NCBI GenBank assembly: GCA_036726225.1 | Contig: DAIMCS010000001.1 | Location: forward strand, 397,856 to 461,855 | Source: Patescibacteria group bacterium | GTDB lineage: Bacteria; Patescibacteriota; Doudnabacteria; UBA920 | Length of the DNA stretch: 64,000 nt | Direction: 5' to 3' | In this document: positions 8,118-15,961 of the stretch, in pieces | Layout of the letters: each line of letters starts with the position of its first letter | Numbering within the stretch: the stretch's first letter is position 1 | Made by a program: the position numbers and the translations under genes | The notes under the pieces: model-generated | Databases searched by the model: none | Told to the model about the DNA's origin: nothing | Seen by the model: the letters and a program-made list of their open reading frames with translations, nothing else

Positions 8118-10814
8118 ATGCAATCCAAAGTCAATTTACAAGACCGAAATAAAAACGCGCTCTCCGAATTAGGTGAGAAAATTTTTTTAGACAGGTACGC
8201 TGTTAAAGACATTAAACGCGAAACGCTCACCGAAGGCGACACGGTGGTGGTTTTGGTAAACCCAAAAACCGGCCAGCGCGAAATTGGGATTATTGAAAGC
8301 ATAAACCAACAGACCAGCGAAGTTGGTGTCCGTATGCGCAACGGCGATTTAGAATACCGACGCCTTGAGCACGTAGACAAACCGCTTGAGCTTGCACCCG
8401 AACAAATGTTTGACCGGATTGCCAAACATATTTCCAGCGTGGAAAAGACAGAGGAAAAAAAAGTTGAATGGGACGAAAAGTTCCGTAAACTTATGGACGA
8501 CTGGAAATACGTGCCGGCCGGCAGAATTTTTACCGGAGCGGGCACGGGACAGAATTTAACTTTTTATAATTGCTACGTTATTCCTCACCCTAAAGACTCC
8601 AGGGCCGGGATTTTTGAAACTTTGTCGCAAATGGCGGAAATTATGTCACGCGGCGGCGGAGTTGGAATTAATGTTTCGTCACTTCGTCCAAGGTACGCTT
8701 ATGTTAAAGGTGTAAACGGCCGCTCTTCCGGCGCGGTGTCCTGGGCATCGCTCTATAGTTTTGTAACCGGACTTATTGAGCAGGGCGGGTCTAGACGTGG
8801 AGCGCTTATGCTTATTTTAAACTGCTGGCATCCGGATGTCTTAGATTTTATTAATGCAAAAAAAGAAGCGGGAAAAATTACCAATGCAAACATTTCCGTT
8901 GGCATTACCGACGACTTTATGCAGGCAGTTAAAGAAGACAAGCCGTGGGACTTAGTTTTCCCGGACACATCCGACCCGCTTTATGCTACCAAGTGGGACG
9001 GCAACATTAAACGCTGGCAGGAAATTGGCGGCAAAATTATAAAACACAAAACCGTCCGCGCGGCTGACATTTGGGACAACATTATAACCTCTGCCTGGGC
9101 TTCGGCTGAACCGGGAATGTATTTTATAGACAGGGCTAACTATTATTCCAACTCCTGGTATTTTGCGGACCTTCCCTGCACTAACCCCTGCGGCGAACAG
9201 CCGCTGCCTGCCTGGGGCGTGTGTAATTTGGGGCATGTAAACCTTGCTAAACATATAAACCGTGATACCGGGGAAATAATGTGGAATGACCTTAAACAAA
9301 CCGTTTCCTGGGCCGTGCGTTTTCAGGACAATGTAATAGACGCCACCCCTTACTTTTTTGACGAAAACAAAAAGCAACAGCTTTCCGAGCGCAGGGTAGG
9401 TATGGGCACTATTGGCCTTGCTGAAATGATGGTGTACAAAGGCATCCGCTACGGCAGTCCGCAGGCAGTTGAATTTATAGACAAGCTTTACCAGTTTATT
9501 GCAGTTACCGCTTACGAAACCTCGGTTGAACTTGCCCGTGAAAAAGGCGCGTTTGACCAGTTTGATGCTGACAAGTTTTTGCAGTCCGGCTTTATGAAAA
9601 ATATGCCGGAGTATATTCGTAATTTAGTTAAGCAGTACGGCGTTCGCAATGTCACTATAATGACCCAGGCGCCCACGGGGACTGTGGGAACTATGGTCGG
9701 CACATCCACAGGTATTGAGCCTTTCTTTTCCTGGACATATTTTAGGAAATCCAGACTTGGCGTGCACGAAGAAAAAATTAAAATGGCGCAGGATTGGCTG
9801 GACAAACACGAAGGAAAAGAATTGCCCGACTATTTTGTTACGGCTATGGAGCTGACTCCGGAAGAGCACGTGCGCGTGCAGGCAGCAGTCCAGCGCTGGA
9901 CAGATTCGGCTATAAGTAAAACCTGCAATGCGCCGGCTGAATATAGCATTGAACAGACAAAGCAGCTTTATCAGTTAATGTATGACTTGGGCTGCAAAGG
10001 CGGAACTATTTACCGCGACGGCAGCCGCGACGAGCAGATACTTGCAACTGACCATAAAAAACTTGGCAAAGACGCTTCTGACCAGGTGGAAGCCAAGAGG
10101 GATGCGGCCAACTCCGACGCTGCGGCTCCGACGCTGCGGTCGGAGCAGGTCGGAGCATCGGTTGCTTCGCAACCGATGGAGGTAATGTCTATTTCCGGAG
10201 ACAATATGCAAATTAAATTAGCTCCCCGCACCCGTCCGGACATTATGGGCGGCATAACTTACAAAATGCAAACTGCTTATGGCAATTTGTATGTAACTAT
10301 TAACGAGGACTCCCAAGGCCCGTTTGAAGTTTTTGCGGCTATGGGCAAAGCCGGCGGATTCTTTTCCGCGCAAACAGAAGCCATTACCCGTATGATATCT
10401 TTAGCGCTGCGTTCTAACGTTGCGGTGGAAGAAATTATAGAGCAGCTTAAAGGTATTCGCGGACCGGATGTATCGTTCTCCGATGGCGGAGTAGTGTTTA
10501 GTTTGCCGGACGCTATTGCTAAAATTTTGGACAAACATATTAAGCGGGTGGAAAAACAGCTGACTCTAGATTTGCCCGGTGCGGAATCTCCACAATTAAG
10601 ATTAGAAACCGACACCATTGTAGAAGAAAAAGTTGTAGAAACCATTTCCGAAGAAAAAATAAAGACCAACGGCCACTTAACTTACAAAAAGACGCAAAAA
10701 GTCAGCATCGCTAACTTAGGTAACGCCCCGGTCTGCCCTTCCTGTGCTAATATGATGGTTTTGGCTGAAGGTTGTATGAAGTGCGAGCATTGTGGATTTA
10801 GTAAATGCGGATAA
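8118..10814 (+). CDS. nrdJ: ribonucleotide reductase, class II (adenosylcobalamin-dependent), monomeric type with C-terminal Cys-rich Zn-ribbon
   Basis: Active-site motif CTNPCGEQPLP, C-terminal CPSCANMMV…CMKCEHCGF; immediately downstream of nrdR. Confidence 0.9.
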   Translation: MQSKVNLQDRNKNALSELGEKIFLDRYAVKDIKRETLTEGDTVVVLVNPKTGQREIGIIESINQQTSEVGVRMRNGDLEYRRLEHVDKPLELAPEQMFDRIAKHISSVEKTEEKKVEWDEKFRKLMDDWKYVPAGRIFTGAGTGQNLTFYNCYVIPHPKDSRAGIFETLSQMAEIMSRGGGVGINVSSLRPRYAYVKGVNGRSSGAVSWASLYSFVTGLIEQGGSRRGALMLILNCWHPDVLDFINAKKEAGKITNANISVGITDDFMQAVKEDKPWDLVFPDTSDPLYATKWDGNIKRWQEIGGKIIKHKTVRAADIWDNIITSAWASAEPGMYFIDRANYYSNSWYFADLPCTNPCGEQPLPAWGVCNLGHVNLAKHINRDTGEIMWNDLKQTVSWAVRFQDNVIDATPYFFDENKKQQLSERRVGMGTIGLAEMMVYKGIRYGSPQAVEFIDKLYQFIAVTAYETSVELAREKGAFDQFDADKFLQSGFMKNMPEYIRNLVKQYGVRNVTIMTQAPTGTVGTMVGTSTGIEPFFSWTYFRKSRLGVHEEKIKMAQDWLDKHEGKELPDYFVTAMELTPEEHVRVQAAVQRWTDSAISKTCNAPAEYSIEQTKQLYQLMYDLGCKGGTIYRDGSRDEQILATDHKKLGKDASDQVEAKRDAANSDAAAPTLRSEQVGASVASQPMEVMSISGDNMQIKLAPRTRPDIMGGITYKMQTAYGNLYVTINEDSQGPFEVFAAMGKAGGFFSAQTEAITRMISLALRSNVAVEEIIEQLKGIRGPDVSFSDGGVVFSLPDAIAKILDKHIKRVEKQLTLDLPGAESPQLRLETDTIVEEKVVETISEEKIKTNGHLTYKKTQKVSIANLGNAPVCPSCANMMVLAEGCMKCEHCGFSKCG

Positions 10815-10820
10815 AACAGT

Positions 10821-10852
10821 ATAAGGGAAAACCCTATAGGGTTTTCCCTTAT
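10821..10852 (+). terminator. rho-independent terminator after nrdJ (GGGAAAACCCTATAGGGTTTTCCC)
   Basis: Perfect 11-bp palindrome. Confidence 0.75.
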
Positions 10853-11041
10853 ACGCTCTCCGCCTGCGGCGGATCGCTGAACCCTTTCCCACAAAGTTGC
10901 CTCGACCGCGACGTAAAGTCGACGGTCTCGGCGCTATGAGTTTAAGAAATAAGTAAGGCGGCCGGCTTATGAGCCGTCCGCCTAAATCGTAATTTAAAAT
11001 AGCGACGCCCCGAGAGAAAAGTCTCGAGGCGGTCGGTTAAG

Positions 11042-11356
11042 TCAAGTAAGCTCACTCGAGCTCCTTGAGAACATGTACGTCCCAGCGCCGATAAGTCCGC
11101 TGATGAAAGCGAGAAGTATCGCAGCTATAGCGAGTTGGGTTGGGACTTTTGGCTTGACAATTATCTCCACAAAGCCTATAGCCATGGCCGAGGAGAGTGA
11201 TGTTATCAATCCCGCCACCAACACTCGCAGGCCGGAACGGTGAATTTTTGTAAGCTGTCTACAGATCACAAGTCCCGTCAGCGAGCTGAAGACAAAAGTG
11301 ACCATCAAAAACGCGCCGATATTGTCGTACAAAGATGCCTCCTTTTTTGTTTGCAA
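11042..11356 (-). CDS. small three-helix membrane protein, unknown function, in a GC-rich structured segment
   Basis: ORF with three hydrophobic helices; locally GC-rich. Confidence 0.4.
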   Translation of the reverse strand: MQTKKEASLYDNIGAFLMVTFVFSSLTGLVICRQLTKIHRSGLRVLVAGLITSLSSAMAIGFVEIIVKPKVPTQLAIAAILLAFISGLIGAGTYMFSRSSSELT

Positions 11357-11387
11357 AGTTTAACATATAAGTAAGAAACCATCAAGG

Positions 11388-12092
11388 ATGAGTCCAAAGA
11401 AAAAAATTAAAATGCCCACGGAGTTTTCCGACCAGCCCAAAGGCTTGGTAATTTGTTATGTTGGCGCGGGCAAGGGAAAGACTACTGCGGCAATGGGGAT
11501 GGCTGTTCGGGCTGCGGGGGACGGCAAAAATGTTTTTATTTTGCAGTTTGTTAAAGCTTCCAACAAAAATTCGGACAAAATTAAAGACGGCGAGTGGCCG
11601 GTTTCCTCGGAGATTAATTTTTTTAATTTTTTTGAAGAGCTGTATCACCCTCCCCTAACCCCTCCCATCAAGGGAGGGGAATCAAAGTTTTCCCTCCCCC
11701 TTGTGGGGAGGGCTAGGGAGGGGGGCATAGGCAGGATTCAGAACGAGCAGGTGGGTTTAGGTTTTGTGGGAATTTTGGGAGACAAAAAAGAAAAAGACAT
11801 ACACATTCGGCAGGCAATAAAAGGCCTTGAACGCGCAAGAGAAATTATCACGAGCGGGGAATACGAACTAGTTATCCTCGATGAAATAATTTCCGCGCTA
11901 GAAGTTGGTATACTGGAAGAGCGGGACATTATTGATCTTATTAAATTAAAAGGGCCGTTACAGCATCTTGTCATTACCGGCCATAATAAATATCCAAAAA
12001 TTTTGAAAGAGTGTGACTTGGTTACAGAAATGAAAATGATTCAACATCCTTACTATAAAGGCATCCTTGCACAGAAGGGCATAGACTACTAA
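11388..12092 (+). CDS. cobO: cob(I)yrinic acid a,c-diamide / corrinoid adenosyltransferase (CobO/BtuR family) carrying an in-frame low-complexity insertion
   Basis: P-loop CYVGAGKGKTTAAMGMAVRAAGDGKNVFILQFVK is diagnostic for CobA/CobO/BtuR; C-terminal ELVILDEI and HLVITGH motifs. Confidence 0.8.
   Translation: MSPKKKIKMPTEFSDQPKGLVICYVGAGKGKTTAAMGMAVRAAGDGKNVFILQFVKASNKNSDKIKDGEWPVSSEINFFNFFEELYHPPLTPPIKGGESKFSLPLVGRAREGGIGRIQNEQVGLGFVGILGDKKEKDIHIRQAIKGLERAREIITSGEYELVILDEIISALEVGILEERDIIDLIKLKGPLQHLVITGHNKYPKILKECDLVTEMKMIQHPYYKGILAQKGIDY
11646..11730. repeat. G/C-rich nested palindromic mini-element inserted in frame inside cobO (CCCCTCCCATCAAGGGAGGGG and CCCTCCCCCTTGTGGGGAGGG)
   Basis: Encodes HPPLTPPIKGGESKFSLPLVGRAREGGIG, absent from CobO homologues; two perfect hairpins. 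Confidence 0.6.
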
Positions 12093-12207
12093 CCATTTCG
12101 ACCGTAGGGAGAAATCTGTTTGTTGAGAATTTATTATTACAGATCTCTCGCTTCGCTCGAGATGGATACCTTTTAAATGCAAAAAGGCATAGACTACTAA
12201 AATAATT

Positions 12208-12295
12208 ACGAAAGGACAAAACCAAGGGTTTTTTCCTTTCGTAGGCTATCCTTTTTCCTTTAAAGAATTTTGGAAACTGGCAAAGCCAGATTTCC
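12208..12295. repeat. copy A of a ~90-bp dispersed repeat (inverted copy at 24890-24978), containing hairpin GGAAACTGG-CAAAG-CCAGATTTCC
   Basis: About 92% identity to the reverse complement of 24890-24978. Confidence 0.7.
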
Positions 12296-12305
12296 AAAAA
12301 CAACA

Positions 12306-12530
12306 ATGAAAATTACAGTTATTGTCCATCCTAACTCCAAAAAACCAAGGGTTCAAAAAGATTTGCTTGGGACTTTGAATGTTTACGTGAGTCCGCCGCC
12401 GCTGGAAGGCAAAGCTAATAAGGCAACCGTCGAAGCTTTGGCGGGCTATTTTAAAGTAGGCAAAAGTAGAGTAAAATTAGTCCGGGGGCAAAAGTCTAAG
12501 CTTAAAACCTTTGAAATTCAGCAAGAGTAA
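12306..12530 (+). CDS. DUF167 / YggU-family small protein
   Basis: MKITVIVHPNSKK…VYVSPPPLEGKANKATVEALAGYFKV matches the UPF0235/DUF167 pattern. Confidence 0.6.
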   Translation: MKITVIVHPNSKKPRVQKDLLGTLNVYVSPPPLEGKANKATVEALAGYFKVGKSRVKLVRGQKSKLKTFEIQQE

Positions 12531-13974
12531 AATTTTTATAGGCATTGCTATTAGTTTTGCTGTCGGAGTGCTGGTGGGTTCGAGATTTTACATAGAAACA
12601 TCGGCCATTTATATTTGTTTGGCAATTGCGGCCGGAGGGTTTACTTTGTCGTTTATGGGCAGTAAAAAATACGCAGCGCTTTTTGCGCTGTTTTTGTTTT
12701 GCGCAGGGCTTGGGGCGTTGCGTTTACAGGCATCGCTCGCCAATAACCAGTACACACAGTGGCTGGGTTTAAAGCAAAAAATTGAAGGTTATATTGTCCA
12801 AGACATAGACGTGCGTTCAGACAAACAACTAATTACTTTTCGGCCAGAAGGTTTTGAACAAAACATTTTAATTACCACGACTTTGGGACAGGAATTTTTT
12901 TACGGCGATTGGATATTAGCAGAAGGCAAGATAGCCGAGGTTAAAAATTTTTCTGACTTTGATTACCAAAAATATCTGGAGCGTTATAATGTCTACGCGG
13001 TTATGAGTTACCCTAAAGTTTTAATTTTAAAGAGCCATCAGTTAAACCCGGCAAAAGAATTTTTGCTTAAAATTAAATACGCGTTTGCCAAAAGGGTAGG
13101 GGGCTTTATTAAGGAACCCCAAAGCAGCCTGCTTATGGGCATACTTATTGGCGCGCGTAAAACTTTGCCGCAAAATATAATAGATAACTTTAACAACACC
13201 GGAACTTCACATATTATTGCGGTTTCCGGCTTTAACATTACCATTATTATTTCCGCACTCGGCAGTTTGGTATATTTGTTCGGCAGAAAAACAAGTTTTT
13301 GGCTGTCGGTTTTCGCTTTATTCGGATTTGTTATTATTGCGGGTGCTTCGGCCTCGGTAATCCGCGCGGCAATTATGGGCTTTTTGCTTTTGTTATCTTT
13401 TCGCTTAGGAAGGCAATATGCAGTTGCGCCGGCTTTGTTTTTGGCAGCGCTGGTTATGCTAATAATAAATCCCAAAATTTTATTTTGGGACGTAGGCTTC
13501 CAGCTTTCTTTTGCCGCAACTTTAGGCATTGTTTATTTTTTACCTCTTTTACAAAAGTTTTTGCAAAGGGTGCCGGAATTTTTTGGCGGGAAAACTTTAA
13601 TCCTCACCACTCTTTCCGCAATTATCGCCACCCTGCCTTTAATTCTTTTAACCTTTGGCAGGCTTTCGCTTTCAGCACTGCTGGTGAACGTTTTGGTTTT
13701 GCCGGCTGTGCCGTTTGCTATGTTGTTTGGTTTTTTGGCCGTGTTGCCGCTTGTGGGCCAGGGGTTTGCTTTTGCCGCCTCCGGCCTTTTGCTCTATATT
13801 TTAAAAATTACAGAAATTTTTGCCGGTCTGCCTTACAGTAGTTTGAATATTAAAATATCTCCCCAAATTTTTTGGGTTTTGGTGCTGGCCGTGCTTATGG
13901 CGTATTACGCTTTGCGCAGGCAAGCGCTCAAGTTGAATAAATCCGAGGCCTATGATAATATAGTAAGGAATTGA
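12511..13974 (+). CDS. ComEC/Rec2-like competence membrane channel protein (no metallo-beta-lactamase domain); start codon uncertain (TTG)
   Basis: Polytopic membrane protein with DUF4131-like N-terminus and competence-domain-like core. Confidence 0.6.
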   Translation: MKFSKSKIFIGIAISFAVGVLVGSRFYIETSAIYICLAIAAGGFTLSFMGSKKYAALFALFLFCAGLGALRLQASLANNQYTQWLGLKQKIEGYIVQDIDVRSDKQLITFRPEGFEQNILITTTLGQEFFYGDWILAEGKIAEVKNFSDFDYQKYLERYNVYAVMSYPKVLILKSHQLNPAKEFLLKIKYAFAKRVGGFIKEPQSSLLMGILIGARKTLPQNIIDNFNNTGTSHIIAVSGFNITIIISALGSLVYLFGRKTSFWLSVFALFGFVIIAGASASVIRAAIMGFLLLLSFRLGRQYAVAPALFLAALVMLIINPKILFWDVGFQLSFAATLGIVYFLPLLQKFLQRVPEFFGGKTLILTTLSAIIATLPLILLTFGRLSLSALLVNVLVLPAVPFAMLFGFLAVLPLVGQGFAFAASGLLLYILKITEIFAGLPYSSLNIKISPQIFWVLVLAVLMAYYALRRQALKLNKSEAYDNIVRN

Positions 13975-14010
13975 CAAGATTGATCATAATTGACCAAGAA
14001 TGACAAGAAT
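13971..14010. repeat. 40-bp element of tandem TTGACAAG-like sub-repeats (ATTGACAAGATTGATCATAATTGACCAAGAATGACAAGAAT)
   Basis: About 90% identical to the reverse complement of 17569-17608. Confidence 0.65.
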
Positions 14011-14060
14011 AAATTATGTTCATTTTTAAATTTTTTAAAATCGTAACCAACAAATAATTT

Positions 14061-14801
14061 ATGTCCAACAAAGCACTTATTACCATAATTATTGTAATTG
14101 TGGCTGCCTGCGGAGCCGCTGCCGGGCTTTTTTACTGGCAGCAAACCAAACCTTTAATAGTTACTGACGAAGACATAAAGCAGGCTCAGGAAGAGCAAGC
14201 CCAAAATAATCAAACTAACCAACAAAACCAACCTATGGCCCAAAATGAATGCGTGAGAAATTTTGACGAAAACAAACTTAAGAACGACAAAGTGGCCATT
14301 TCCGGCAGGCAGGTGGAAATAGACGTAAAAGATTTCGGCAAAATTGTTGTGGAATTCTACGACAAAGACGCGCCCAAGACAGTGGAGAATTTTTTGAGGC
14401 TTACCAATGCCGGCTATTATGATTGTATAACCTTTCACCGCGTGGCAAAAGGTTTTGTAATTCAGGGCGGCGACCCAACCGGCACCGGTGGCGGCGGGGA
14501 AAGCGCGTTTGGCGGCAAATTTGCAGACGAGCTTAATGCTAACACTCCAAGTTACAAAGCTGGTTATGTAAAAGGCGTGCTGGCCATGGCCAACAGCGGA
14601 CCTGGGACAAATGGCAGCCAATTTTTTATTATGCTGGCCGACAACCCGTTGCCCAATAACTACACAATTTTTGGTAAAGTTGTAAGCGGGCTGGATGTGG
14701 TGGATAAGATTGGCCAGGTGCAAATTACCCCGCAAATGGGACCTACCGACGGCGCTCCGGTTACGCCGGTGGTTATGCAAACTGTGAAAATCATAAAGTA
14801 G
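14061..14801 (+). CDS. cyclophilin-type peptidyl-prolyl cis-trans isomerase with N-terminal membrane anchor
   Basis: FHRVAKGFVIQGGDPTGTGGGGESAFGGKFADE cyclophilin core. Confidence 0.85.
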   Translation: MSNKALITIIIVIVAACGAAAGLFYWQQTKPLIVTDEDIKQAQEEQAQNNQTNQQNQPMAQNECVRNFDENKLKNDKVAISGRQVEIDVKDFGKIVVEFYDKDAPKTVENFLRLTNAGYYDCITFHRVAKGFVIQGGDPTGTGGGGESAFGGKFADELNANTPSYKAGYVKGVLAMANSGPGTNGSQFFIMLADNPLPNNYTIFGKVVSGLDVVDKIGQVQITPQMGPTDGAPVTPVVMQTVKIIK

Positions 14802-14829
14802 TGATCAGTGCGCAGTGCACAGTGATCAG
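14799..14829. repeat. GTGATCAG-TGCGCAGTGCACAG-TGATCAG intergenic element (related copy at 8022-8092)
   Basis: Shared core CAGTGCGCAGTG flanked by GTGATCAG direct repeats at two gene 3' ends. Confidence 0.55.
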
Positions 14830-14842
14830 AAAGGAAATAAAT

Positions 14843-15337
14843 ATGGAAAGAAGTTTAGTTATATTAAAACCCGATGCGGTTGACCGCGGATTAGTCGGAG
14901 AAATAATTCAGCGCTTTGAACGCGTGGGACTTAAAATTGCCGGCCTGAAAATGGTTTGGCCAAAAAAAGAACACGCATCCAAACATTATACGGAAGATTT
15001 AGCCCAAAGGCGGGGGCAGGCTGTTAGGGATTTAATGATAGAAATGCTTTCTTCCGGCCCGATTGTCGCAGTTGCGGTAGAAGGCGTGGAAGCGGTAGAA
15101 GTGGTAAGAAAAATGGTTGGCTCCACAGAGCCCAAGGCTGCGGCTCCCGGAACTATTCGCGGCGACTATTCCCACGTTTCTTTTAAGCACGCTGACAGTA
15201 AAAAAATGGGCGTTTACAATTTAGTTCATGCTTCCGGAAATGCAGAGGAAGCAGTGCAGGAAATTGCAGTTTGGTTTTCCGAAGATGAATTACATGGACA
15301 CACCCCGGGATATACTAAACATACAATAGCTTATTAG
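14843..15337 (+). CDS. ndk: nucleoside diphosphate kinase
   Basis: MERSLVILKPDAVDRGLVGEIIQRFE… and catalytic region NLVHASG. Confidence 0.9.
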   Translation: MERSLVILKPDAVDRGLVGEIIQRFERVGLKIAGLKMVWPKKEHASKHYTEDLAQRRGQAVRDLMIEMLSSGPIVAVAVEGVEAVEVVRKMVGSTEPKAAAPGTIRGDYSHVSFKHADSKKMGVYNLVHASGNAEEAVQEIAVWFSEDELHGHTPGYTKHTIAY

Positions 15338-15390
15338 AATCGCGGAATTCACGCGGAACTTAACGCAGAAAACACGCGGGAATAAAAAAA

Positions 15391-15416
15391 CAGGGCTTTA
15401 CAGGCCCTGTTTTTTA
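15391..15416 (+). terminator. rho-independent terminator after ndk (CAGGGC-TTTACA-GGCCCTG + T-run)
   Basis: Hairpin plus TTTTTT. Confidence 0.7.
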
Positions 15417-15478
15417 ATGCTATTATAATTTGTTTTTATTGGTTTTTTCTCAGCCATGACCAGAGTAAAGGAGGGACT

Positions 15479-15757
15479 ATGTTTTGGGATGTAGTAGCAA
15501 TAGCCTTGGGTGTTTGGGGTTTCTTCGACAAACAAAATCGCTTCAAGCAAATAGCCAGAATTTGCTTTTTATCCGGTGTTGGGGGTGGTTTATTGCTTGT
15601 CCTCTGGGGTGTGATTACCGGTTATTGGCAAACTGATTCCGGTAGCCTGCAAGCCTCTTCTCCGCTCTATGTATTTTTGTACTATGTTGTTGGGATATTT
15701 CTGTATTCCCTGATGTATTTGTTGGGAAGAGGAATACATACACTGTTTCAACGATGA
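15479..15757 (+). CDS. small membrane protein, unknown
   Basis: ORF with AAGGAGGG RBS; three hydrophobic helices. Confidence 0.4.
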   Translation: MFWDVVAIALGVWGFFDKQNRFKQIARICFLSGVGGGLLLVLWGVITGYWQTDSGSLQASSPLYVFLYYVVGIFLYSLMYLLGRGIHTLFQR

Positions 15758-15961
15758 GCCCGAAAAGCTACAAAGGGGGTCAAAACCTATGAAGCCCCGC
15801 GAGCTGTGATCAGTTCGCCGGGCTTCTTAAATTTACTTAGTTCTGGATCCCGGATATTTTTTATGTCATGATGACCATCTTTCATAAAAAATTCCGGGAT
15901 GACAAATACGGTTCAGCGTCATGTCAGCGTACCCATCAGCGTTAATTCAGCGAGCAAAGGT

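Noticed and set aside
8118-10814. Intein in nrdJ (common in RNRs)
   Set aside because: At 898 aa it is within the normal range for monomeric class II RNRs; no Cys/Ser-His…His-Asn intein block or homing-endonuclease motifs seen, only a short low-complexity linker
11646-11730. Possible intein or frameshift in the cobO-like gene
   Set aside because: The insert is only about 28 codons of low-complexity sequence with no intein splicing motifs, and the frame is continuous; better explained as a palindromic element insertion
13038-13841. ORFs 13038-13529 (-) and 13299-13841 (+)
   Set aside because: Embedded in the ComEC-like membrane protein gene; the alternative frames give Phe/Cys-rich nonsense typical of AT-rich membrane-protein shadows
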